From Escherichia coli (GTDB lineage: Bacteria > Pseudomonadota > Gammaproteobacteria > Enterobacterales > Enterobacteriaceae), in the NCBI RefSeq assembly GCF_041886205.1, contig NZ_CP169029.1: 64,000 bases of DNA; one strand, given 5' to 3'. A program made the translations under genes and the position numbers. The notes beneath the pieces are model-generated. The model did no database searches, was not told the origin of the DNA, and saw only the letters and a program-made list of their open reading frames with translations. Below, one piece after another: positions 28,434 to 35,415 of this stretch (position 1 is the stretch's first letter; the number at the start of each line of letters is the position of its first letter).

Positions 28434-28598
28434 AAGAAATAGGGCTTCCACCTGGGAAGCCCTTTCTTTTTATAGTTCGGCTGTATGTAGGGTACAGCAC
28501 GATGAATCTGTTAGAGGCGCAATAGTGACAGATTTGATTATCAATTCCTATTTTGTTCTAAGGATAAAACCTTAGGTTGTGATCATCCGCACAATCCC

Positions 28599-28841
28599 TT
28601 AGTAACGCCAGCGGTCATAACGCTGATATTTCGGCACTTTTGGTGCTTTAATCGCCTTAATAACCCACACCACCGCAATCGCCAGTAGTAACCACGGCAG
28701 CAACTTAATCATCAATGCCAGCATACCGCCGAGGAACATAATGGCCGTCGCCACAACCAGCGCGGCGATAATGCCCAGCAACGAAACGCCGGTGACCATC
28801 AGCATGACAAAAAAGCCAATCACAAAAAGTAGTTCCAGCAT
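28599..28841 (-). CDS. pspG: Phage-shock protein G
   Basis: 80 aa from MLELLFVIGFFVML. Two hydrophobic helices and a basic C-terminus. Confidence 0.88.
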   Translation of the reverse strand: MLELLFVIGFFVMLMVTGVSLLGIIAALVVATAIMFLGGMLALMIKLLPWLLLAIAVVWVIKAIKAPKVPKYQRYDRWRY

Positions 28842-28877
28842 GATGCACTCCCAAATATGAAATCTCTTGCTGGCATT

Positions 28878-28892
28878 ACAAGAATCATGCCA
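28878..28892 (-). promoter_or_regulatory. Putative sigma54 promoter of pspG
   Basis: The minus strand reads TGGCATGATTCTTGT (GG-N10-G(C/T) spacing of TGGCAC-N5-TTGC), about 40 bp upstream of pspG. Confidence 0.5.
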
Positions 28893-28974
28893 AAAATAAT
28901 CTATTGATTTAACAGCAAAACGCCCCGCGACGGTGCGCAGGGCGTGGTGAATTTGACTATTTTTTGGTGAAAAG

Positions 28975-30012
28975 TTAACGCTTATCCGCCACCAGTTTGA
29001 GCGCGTGTTCCAGCACATTAATGTCTGCACCCGCTTTATGGGCATTTTCACTTAAATAACGCCGCCACTGCCGCGCGCCAGGAATACCCTGGAACAAGCC
29101 CAACATATGCCGGGTAATATGACCGAGATACGTCCCCTGGCTGAGTTCACGCTCAATGTACGGATACATGGCGCGCACTACCGCCACCGGATCGGCATCG
29201 ATATCCGAGGAACCAAAGATCTCCCGGTCTACCGCCGCCAGAATACCCGGATTCTGATACGCCTCGCGCCCGACCATCACGCCATCCATATGTTGCAGGT
29301 GTGCTTTGGCCTCTTCCAGCGACTTGATACCACCGTTAATCGACATTGTCAGATGCGGAAAGTCACGCTTCAGTTGATACACACGCGGATAATCGAGCGG
29401 CGGGATCTCACGGTTTTCTTTCGGACTTAACCCCGAAAGCCAGGCTTTACGTGCATGGATGATGAACATCTCACACTCGCCTTTGCCGGAAACGGTGTTG
29501 ATGAAATCGCAGAGAAATTCATAGCTGTCCTGGTCGTCGATGCCAATACGCGTTTTCACCGTCACCGGAATCGACACCACATCGCGCATCGCTTTCACGC
29601 AGTCGGCAACCAGCTGCGCATTACCCATCAGACACGCACCAAACATGCCGTTCTGCACCCGGTCAGACGGGCAGCCGACATTCAGGTTGATCTCATCATA
29701 TCCACGCGCTTCTGCCAGCTTCGCACACTGCGCCAGCGCCGCCGGATCGCTACCGCCGAGTTGCAACGCTACCGGATGTTCTTCTTCACTATACGCCAGG
29801 TAATCACCTTTACCGTGAATAATCGCCCCTGTAGTTACCATTTCAGTATACAGCAACGTATTGCGGGAAAGCAGACGCAAGAAATAGCGGCAATGTCTGT
29901 CCGTCCAGTCGAGCATAGGAGCAATGCTAAACCGAGAATTCCAGTAAACACCAGTTTTTTCAGGCATCACGCTGGTTTGATTAATTTTTTGTGTTTCATG
30001 ATTATCGTGCAT
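28975..30012 (-). CDS. dusA: tRNA-dihydrouridine synthase A; its 5' end is probably supplied by the adjacent prophage
   Basis: 345-aa ORF. Dus TIM-barrel motifs ([22 protein letters not shown]). The intact ORF directly abuts a divergent integrase. Confidence 0.93.
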   Translation of the reverse strand: MHDNHETQKINQTSVMPEKTGVYWNSRFSIAPMLDWTDRHCRYFLRLLSRNTLLYTEMVTTGAIIHGKGDYLAYSEEEHPVALQLGGSDPAALAQCAKLAEARGYDEINLNVGCPSDRVQNGMFGACLMGNAQLVADCVKAMRDVVSIPVTVKTRIGIDDQDSYEFLCDFINTVSGKGECEMFIIHARKAWLSGLSPKENREIPPLDYPRVYQLKRDFPHLTMSINGGIKSLEEAKAHLQHMDGVMVGREAYQNPGILAAVDREIFGSSDIDADPVAVVRAMYPYIERELSQGTYLGHITRHMLGLFQGIPGARQWRRYLSENAHKAGADINVLEHALKLVADKR

Positions 30013-30100
30013 TTTTGAACATTTCAGGCTATTTTTCTCGCGTTAGGTTCCCGCACAGGTTCCCACGTTTTATGGGAACCCGAAATAACGAGGTCGTGTA

Positions 30101-31198
30101 ATGGCGTACTATAACATAGAGAAACGACTAAAATCCGATGGCACACCACGCTATCGCTGTAATGTGATTATCAAAGAAAAAGGTGTTATCACTTACAGGG
30201 AAAGCAAAACATTCCCTAAACATGCTCATGCCAAAACATGGGGCACACAGAAAGTGATGGAATTAGATCTATATGGCATTCCATCATCAAATGCAGTTGA
30301 CGGACTTACAGTCCGTGACTTACTACACAAATATTTAAATGACCCAAATGCCGGAGGTAAAGCAGGCCGTACTAAAAGATATGTGCTAGAACTGCTTATG
30401 GATAGTGACATCTCCGCGATCAAACTATCTGAACTGACAGAAAATGACGTAATTGAACATTGCAGGCTAAGAAACAACGCTGGCGCAGGTCCAGCAACAG
30501 TCAGCCACGATGTTAGTTATCTTGGTAGTGTTCTGGATGCGGCCAAACCTGTATACGGAATTAATTACACATCAAACCCGGCGAAAAGTGCTCGTCCATA
30601 TCTACTTAAACTTGGTTTGATTGGTAAATCAAACCGTCGTAATCGTAGACCAGCATCTGATGAACTGGACATGCTCATTGAAGGCCTTCAACAACGATCT
30701 ACTCATAAATGCTCAAAAATTCCGTTCGTTGATATCCTCAAATTTTCTGTGTGGTCCTGTATGCGAATCGGAGAAGTATGCCGGTTACGATGGGAAGATC
30801 TCGACCAGGAACAAAAATCTATACTCGTAAGAGACAGGAAAGATCCACGCAAAAAGGAAGGCAACCACATGAAAGTAGCCTTGCTTGGGGAAGCCTGGGA
30901 TATCGTCCAACGACAGCCCCAAAAATCGGAATTCATTTTTCCATATAACAGCACTTCTGTTACTGCGGGATTTCAGAGAGTAAGAAGCAAATTAGGTATT
31001 AAGGATCTGCGATACCATGATTTGCGTAGAGAAGGGGCAAGTCGCTTATTTGAGGCTGGTTTTAGTATTGAGGAAGTCGCCCAGGTTACAGGGCATCGTT
31101 CATTAAACGTGCTATGGCAGGTATATACCGAACTGTATCCGAAATCTTTACATAATCGTTTTGAAGAGCTCCAAAGGAGCAGAAATAAGATCCCTTGA
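30101..31198 (+). CDS. int: Tyrosine integrase, dusA-associated type
   Basis: 365 aa. C-terminal catalytic region HDLRREGASRLF...VTGHRSLNVLWQVYTELY (R..HxxR..H..Y). Divergent from dusA and 88 bp away. Confidence 0.9.
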   Translation: MAYYNIEKRLKSDGTPRYRCNVIIKEKGVITYRESKTFPKHAHAKTWGTQKVMELDLYGIPSSNAVDGLTVRDLLHKYLNDPNAGGKAGRTKRYVLELLMDSDISAIKLSELTENDVIEHCRLRNNAGAGPATVSHDVSYLGSVLDAAKPVYGINYTSNPAKSARPYLLKLGLIGKSNRRNRRPASDELDMLIEGLQQRSTHKCSKIPFVDILKFSVWSCMRIGEVCRLRWEDLDQEQKSILVRDRKDPRKKEGNHMKVALLGEAWDIVQRQPQKSEFIFPYNSTSVTAGFQRVRSKLGIKDLRYHDLRREGASRLFEAGFSIEEVAQVTGHRSLNVLWQVYTELYPKSLHNRFEELQRSRNKIP

Positions 31199-31246
31199 CA
31201 CTGTTTATCCATACAGTTAAAAATAATACTGTATACAAACACAGTA
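31195..31246 (+). promoter_or_regulatory. Promoter with two tandem LexA boxes upstream of the DinI-like gene
   Basis: TTGACA at 31195-31200. CTGTTTATCCATACAG at 31201-31216 and TACTGTATACAAACACAGTA at 31227-31246 both fit CTGT-N8-ACAG exactly. Confidence 0.8.
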
Positions 31247-31259
31247 TAGAGGGACTTTT

Positions 31260-31508
31260 ATGCGTATTGAAATCTGCATAGCCAAAGAAAAAATGACTAA
31301 AATGCCAACCGGTGCTGTGGATGCGTTAAAGGAAGAATTAACCCGACGCATCAGTAAGCGTTATGACGATGTAGAGGTGATCGTAAAAGCCACCAGCAAC
31401 GATGGGCTTTCAGTTACACCTACTGCAGATAAAGATTCAGCTAAAACTTTTGTGCAGGAAACTCTGAAAGATACCTGGGAGTCTGCTGACGAGTGGTTTG
31501 TTCACTAA
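31260..31508 (+). CDS. DinI-family (DinI/MsgA-like) damage-inducible protein
   Basis: 82 aa. [10 protein letters not shown]...LKEELTRRI...[16 protein letters not shown] matches the DinI family pattern (MRIEVTIAK...ILQETWESADDWF). Confidence 0.85.
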   Translation: MRIEICIAKEKMTKMPTGAVDALKEELTRRISKRYDDVEVIVKATSNDGLSVTPTADKDSAKTFVQETLKDTWESADEWFVH

Positions 31509-31511
31509 TTA

Positions 31512-31575
31512 GCACTATCGGAAGTTCACCAGCCAACCGCAGCACGTTTTTGCATACAACGTGCCTGCGGTTTTT
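31512..31575 (+). terminator. DinI-gene terminator hairpin; copy 1 of a ~63-bp direct repeat
   Basis: GCACTATCGGAAGTTCACCAGCCAACCGCAGCACGTTTTTGCATACAACGTGCCTGCGGTTTTT: stem ACCGCAGCACGT/ACGTGCCTGCGGT followed by T5. Repeated at 34181-34243. Confidence 0.75.
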
Positions 31576-31731
31576 CGAGACTATTCTGACCGTCATACTT
31601 ACACATCAACTTAGCGCCCATCCAGAGAAATTATCTTTTTTGCATTCCGAAGATTCAAAGAGTTAGCCTAATTTTCCAGATAGTTTTCTCGACAAATCTG
31701 AGGTATTTTGGTTATCGATATAGTGCTTTGG

Positions 31732-32788
31732 GGCTTTGTTGAATAAATCAGATTTCGGGTAAGTCTCCCCCGTAGCGGGTTGTGTTTTCAGGCAATACGC
31801 ACGCTTTCAGGCATACCTGCTTTCGTCATTTTGTTCAGCGCTCGTACCAGGGCCATAGCCTCTGCAACCTGACCATCGTAGTCACGCAGCGTCAGTGAAC
31901 CCCCGAACAGCTGTTTTACCCGGTACATCGCCGTTTCCGCTATCGAGCGACGGTTGTAATCTGTTGTCCATTTCCACCGCGCATTACTCCCGGTCATTCG
32001 CTGATTAGCCACTGCACGGTTACGGTCTGCATATTCACCGGGCCAGTAACCCGCACCTTTTCGGGGAGGGATAAGCGCGCTGATTTTCTTACGCCGCAGT
32101 TCATCGTGACATAGCCGGGTATCGTAAGCGCCATCGGCGGCGGCTGACCTGATTTTCCGGTGGGTTTGCCGGATTAACCCGGGGAAGGCCTCTGAGTCCG
32201 TAACGTTGTTCAGCGACAGGTCAGCGCAGATGATTTCATGTGTTTTACTGTCAACGGCGAGATGCAGCTTACGCCAGATACGGCGGCGTTCCTGGCCATG
32301 CTTTTTGACTTTCCACTCGCCTTCACCGAAGACCTTCAGCCCGGTGGAATCAATTACCAGGTGTGCGATTTCACCCCGGGTGGGCGTTTTGAAACTGACA
32401 TTAACCGACTTTGCCCGCCTGCTGACACAGCTGTAATCCGGGCAGCGTAGCGGAACGTTCATCAGAGAAAAAATGGAATCAATAAAGCCCTGCGCAGCGC
32501 GCAGGGTCAGCCTGAATACGCGTTTAATGACCAGCACAGTCGTGATGGCAAGGTCAGAATAGCGCTGAGGTCTGCCTCGTGAAGAAGGTGTTGCTGACTC
32601 ATACCAGGCCTGAATAGCTTCATCATCCAGCCAGAAAGTTATGGAGCCACGGTTGATGAGGGCTTTATTGTAGGTGGGCCAGTTGGTGATTTTGAACTTT
32701 TGCTTTGCCACGGAACGGTCTGCGTTGTCGGGAAGATACGTGATCTGATCCTTCAACTCAGCAAAAGTTCGATTTATTCAACAAAGCC
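31732..32788 (-). mobile_element. IS903-group (IS5 family) insertion sequence, 1057 bp
   Basis: Perfect 18-bp terminal inverted repeats GGCTTTGTTGAATAAATC at both ends. 9-bp target-site duplication GTGCTTTGG at 31723-31731 and 32789-32797. A single transposase ORF lies inside. Confidence 0.95.
31788..32756 (-). CDS. IS903-type DDE transposase
   Basis: ...AKQKFKITNWPTYNKALINRGSITFWLDD...DSTGLKVFGEGEWKVKKHG...AETAMYRVKQLFGG matches the IS903/IS102 transposase as remembered. The family start (307 aa) would be the GTG at 32711. Confidence 0.93.
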   Translation of the reverse strand: MKDQITYLPDNADRSVAKQKFKITNWPTYNKALINRGSITFWLDDEAIQAWYESATPSSRGRPQRYSDLAITTVLVIKRVFRLTLRAAQGFIDSIFSLMNVPLRCPDYSCVSRRAKSVNVSFKTPTRGEIAHLVIDSTGLKVFGEGEWKVKKHGQERRRIWRKLHLAVDSKTHEIICADLSLNNVTDSEAFPGLIRQTHRKIRSAAADGAYDTRLCHDELRRKKISALIPPRKGAGYWPGEYADRNRAVANQRMTGSNARWKWTTDYNRRSIAETAMYRVKQLFGGSLTLRDYDGQVAEAMALVRALNKMTKAGMPESVRIA

Positions 32789-32843
32789 GTGCTTTGGCTG
32801 AGGAACAGCATTAAATTCAACCATTTTATTCATAGGGATTAAA

Positions 32844-33848
32844 ATGCAAGATACAGACGTTTACGTATACATAGGCGATGTTCACCGCTCTGGTCATCAC
32901 GACATCACCAAAGCGATTAAAGAAAGAAAAACTAACCATGGTTTACAAAAAAATGTTCTTTTTTGCGTCGCTACCTATGGCGGTGATCCCAGCGCAGGAT
33001 ATAGAATTGGCCGCGCTTTGCAACACAACTATGAACACATCACCGTTCTAGTTGTTGGCCCTTGCAAAAGTGCTGGAACCTTGATGGCTGTCGCCGCTCA
33101 TAAGCTCGTGATTGGTGATATGGGTGAGCTTGGTCCTCTAGACATCCAACTTAAGAAAAATGATGAGATCGGCGAATTGAGCTCGGGCCTTGTTATCGCA
33201 ACGGCGATTGATGAAATAAAAGAGTGCGCTATTTCGACCTTTAGATCATACGTACTTGATATAAAGTACAGAAACCAAATTAGCACGAAGATGTCTGCAG
33301 ATATTGCTGCTAAGCTTACTGAAGCAATCATATCGCCGATGGCCTCACAGATAGACCCCATCAAACTCGGGGAGCATCAACGAGCAATGAACATAGCGCT
33401 TTCCTATGGGGAGCGTTTGAATAGTCACTCGAAAAATCTTAAGGAAAGCTCCTTAGGCAAGTTGATCGCTGGATATCCAGCCCATGGTTTTGTGATAGAC
33501 CGTAAAGAGGCGAGGGAACTATTCAACCATGTTGAGAGTCCTACAGACTTTGCAGCCAACCTGTACGAAGTTCTTGGTGAGATGATTTCGTCAGGCGAAA
33601 TCTCTATCTTCGACAAACCGGTGATTAAAGATTTAACTCCTAAAAAACAATATGAAACAACTAACGCAGAGGAAGATTCCCATGACAACAGCAGAATTCA
33701 GGAAGGAGATGAAATCTCTGACCAAAATTCAGGAAGAGCAGAACCGCCAAGGGATGAACCTGTCCAGGGAAGCGATGGAAAACATGCGGAAATTGAAGAA
33801 GAGGCTGGAACCTTACCAGCAGAGCAACCAGATGAAGGCACTCAGTGA
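32844..33848 (+). CDS. Orphan ClpP/SppA/SDH-fold serine peptidase with an acidic low-complexity C-terminal tail
   Basis: 334 aa. Contains VVGPCKSAGTLMAVAAHKLVIGDMGELGPLDIQ (Ser nucleophile in a G-x-x-S-A-G context typical of Clp-fold peptidases) and later AHGFVIDRKEARELF. The last ~70 aa are D/E/Q/P/G-rich. It has its own RBS (AGGGA) and a downstream terminator. Confidence 0.65.
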   Translation: MQDTDVYVYIGDVHRSGHHDITKAIKERKTNHGLQKNVLFCVATYGGDPSAGYRIGRALQHNYEHITVLVVGPCKSAGTLMAVAAHKLVIGDMGELGPLDIQLKKNDEIGELSSGLVIATAIDEIKECAISTFRSYVLDIKYRNQISTKMSADIAAKLTEAIISPMASQIDPIKLGEHQRAMNIALSYGERLNSHSKNLKESSLGKLIAGYPAHGFVIDRKEARELFNHVESPTDFAANLYEVLGEMISSGEISIFDKPVIKDLTPKKQYETTNAEEDSHDNSRIQEGDEISDQNSGRAEPPRDEPVQGSDGKHAEIEEEAGTLPAEQPDEGTQ

Positions 33849-33864
33849 ATATTGTAGTTTCTGA
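33682..33864 (+). CDS. Possible overlapping (+1 frame) small helical protein; uncertain
   Basis: The alternative frame is open over the protease tail. MTTAEFRKEMKSLTKIQEEQNRQGMNLSREAMENMRKLKKRLEPYQQSNQMKALSEYCSF is preceded by AGGAAG 6 nt upstream of its ATG and ends 3 nt before the terminator. The GA-rich sequence could keep both frames open by chance. Confidence 0.25.
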   Translation: MTTAEFRKEMKSLTKIQEEQNRQGMNLSREAMENMRKLKKRLEPYQQSNQMKALSEYCSF

Positions 33865-33866
33865 TT

Positions 33867-33900
33867 GAGGACCTCGGCTACTACGCCGGGGTCTCTTTTT
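33867..33900 (+). terminator. Rho-independent terminator of the protease cassette
   Basis: GAGGACCTCGGC-TACTAC-GCCGGGGTCTC imperfect hairpin followed by TTTTT. Confidence 0.65.
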
Positions 33901-34180
33901 ACATCACTGGGCAGTCATCAAACTCCGCATTCCTAGCATCGTGATGATGTACGTGATTGCTCCGAATATTGAGTGTGAGTAATTGTAGCCACCACCATCA
34001 TCTGGCAGTGCTTCCGTTCTCCAGATTTATCAGGTGGGACTAAGGATGAGTACGATATCGCTTAATCCTGAAACTCCATTTCAGACAGGGACCCTATTAC
34101 AGACCGAAAGACCACAGATAAGTAGTTTGTTCATAAATTAATGCGTAGAATCAATAACGGCTGGAAATCATTCAATACTC

Positions 34181-34243
34181 GCACTATCGAAAGTTCGCCA
34201 GCCAGCCGCAGCACGTTCTTGCATACGACGTGGCTGCGGCTTC
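34181..34243 (+). repeat. Copy 2 of the DinI-terminator repeat (no T-run)
   Basis: GCACTATCGAAAGTTCGCCAGCCAGCCGCAGCACGTTCTTGCATACGACGTGGCTGCGGCTT differs from copy 1 (31512-31575) at 7 positions over the 62 bp compared. One pair of substitutions is compensatory in the stem (A..T to G..C). Confidence 0.8.
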
Positions 34244-34280
34244 CAACATTAGACAAATAACTCTTTAAATTGCTTTTAAA

Positions 34281-34844
34281 TTATTTCGTTTGAATGCCAG
34301 TAACAGGAAATCGTTTATATAGGGTTGATAGCCCAACGTTATAGATACGTGCAACATAACGCCGTGATTTCCCTGCCGCTATGAGCGCTCCCATCTGTTG
34401 CCACTGCTCGTCGCTAAACTTCGGTCTACGCCCACCAATCCGGCCTTTGGATCTGGCAATAGCCAAACCAGCTAAAGTTCGCTCGCTATTCAAATCAGAT
34501 TCATACTGCGCAGCAGAAAGAATATTACGGAAATTATAGCGACCACTTGCTGTTTTCAGGTCTACACCATCTGTAATACTCCGAAAATTAACGCCTTTTT
34601 CGTGCAGATTTTGAAACATCAATAGCGCATGTAGCACATTTCTCCCTATCCGATCTAGCTTCCAGACAATCAACTCATCTCCACTTTTCATCACCGAAAT
34701 TAATTCCTTTAACACAGGGCGATTAGCTGTTCTGCCACTGGCATATTCTTCATAAATTCGCTCACAGCCAGCTGACTCAAGTGCAAGACGTTGCAACTCT
34801 GTATCCTGATGATTTGTTGATACACGAACATACCCGTAAATCAT
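34281..34844 (-). CDS. Serine-recombinase DNA invertase (Gin/Pin/Hin family)
   Basis: 187 aa. MIYGYVRVSTNHQDTELQ (catalytic Ser), ...DRIGRN..., and a C-terminal HTH GKSRRYVARIYNVGLSTLYKR. Adjacent to the invertible tail-fibre segment. Confidence 0.92.
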   Translation of the reverse strand: MIYGYVRVSTNHQDTELQRLALESAGCERIYEEYASGRTANRPVLKELISVMKSGDELIVWKLDRIGRNVLHALLMFQNLHEKGVNFRSITDGVDLKTASGRYNFRNILSAAQYESDLNSERTLAGLAIARSKGRIGGRRPKFSDEQWQQMGALIAAGKSRRYVARIYNVGLSTLYKRFPVTGIQTK

Positions 34845-34903
34845 GAGTGCTTCTCCTGTTGTAAAAACAGGAGAAGAGGCGAAATATCACCTGATTCAGA
34901 AAA

Positions 34904-34929
34904 ATATTTGAAAGGTTGGTTTGGGAGAA
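34904..34929. promoter_or_regulatory. Left inversion crossover site (gix/hix-like)
   Basis: ATATTTGAAAGGTTGGTTTGGGAGAA. Its 15 bp TTGGTTTGGGAGAAG (34916-34930) are an exact inverted copy of 36813-36827. Confidence 0.75.
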
Positions 34930-35415
34930 GGCTCAGCGTTACCCGTTGGTGTGCCTGTTCCGTGGCCTTCAGCCACACCACCAACAGGCTGGCTGAAATG
35001 CAACGGTGCACCTTTTTCTGCCGAAGAGTACCCAAAACTGGCAAAGGCTTACCCAAAGTTAAAATTACCGGATTTGCGCGGTGAGTTTATTCGCGGGTGG
35101 GATGATGGGCGAGGTGTTGATTCCGCGAGACTGCTGCTTTCAAGTCAGGCAGCATCTATCCTTGAACATAACCATGAAATGCATGGATGGACAGGGAACC
35201 CACTCATGGCTAGAGATGTTGGTGAATTAGGTACATCATCCGTATTTGCGGTGCAGTTGAGCATTGGCGATGGCGGGTTATTGTATTCGTGGAAGGATGG
35301 GAGTGGAACAACAAATGACAGTAAACGAATGGATAGAACAAATCATGTCAGTTCCGGCGCCGGTGATGGTAGCCCGCGAAACATTGCATTTAACTACATT
35401 GTGAGGGCTGCATAA
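34921..35415 (+). CDS. Silent alternative tail-fibre C-terminal cassette (Sv'-like, promoterless in this orientation)
   Basis: Begins inside the crossover site with no independent ATG or RBS. LGEGSALPVGVPVPWPSATPPTGWLKCNGAPFSAEEYPKLAKAYP... is the classic phage tail-fibre receptor-binding C-terminus. It would be fused to the constant part after inversion. Confidence 0.8.
   Translation: MGEGSALPVGVPVPWPSATPPTGWLKCNGAPFSAEEYPKLAKAYPKLKLPDLRGEFIRGWDDGRGVDSARLLLSSQAASILEHNHEMHGWTGNPLMARDVGELGTSSVFAVQLSIGDGGLLYSWKDGSGTTNDSKRMDRTNHVSSGAGDGSPRNIAFNYIVRAA

Noticed and set aside
29900-30100. A tRNA or tmRNA gene as the prophage attachment target.
   Set aside because: No cloverleaf-like sequence is seen at the junction. 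The integrase abuts dusA, which is itself a documented integration target.
33098-33688. Two ~87-aa minus-strand ORFs inside the protease gene.
   Set aside because: They are antisense to a motif-supported gene. Their products are Ser/Ile-rich low-complexity sequence with no start context.
34841-35056. 71-aa minus-strand ORF spanning the left inversion site.
   Set aside because: It overlaps the crossover site and the silent tail-fibre cassette in antisense. It has no RBS and is likely spurious.
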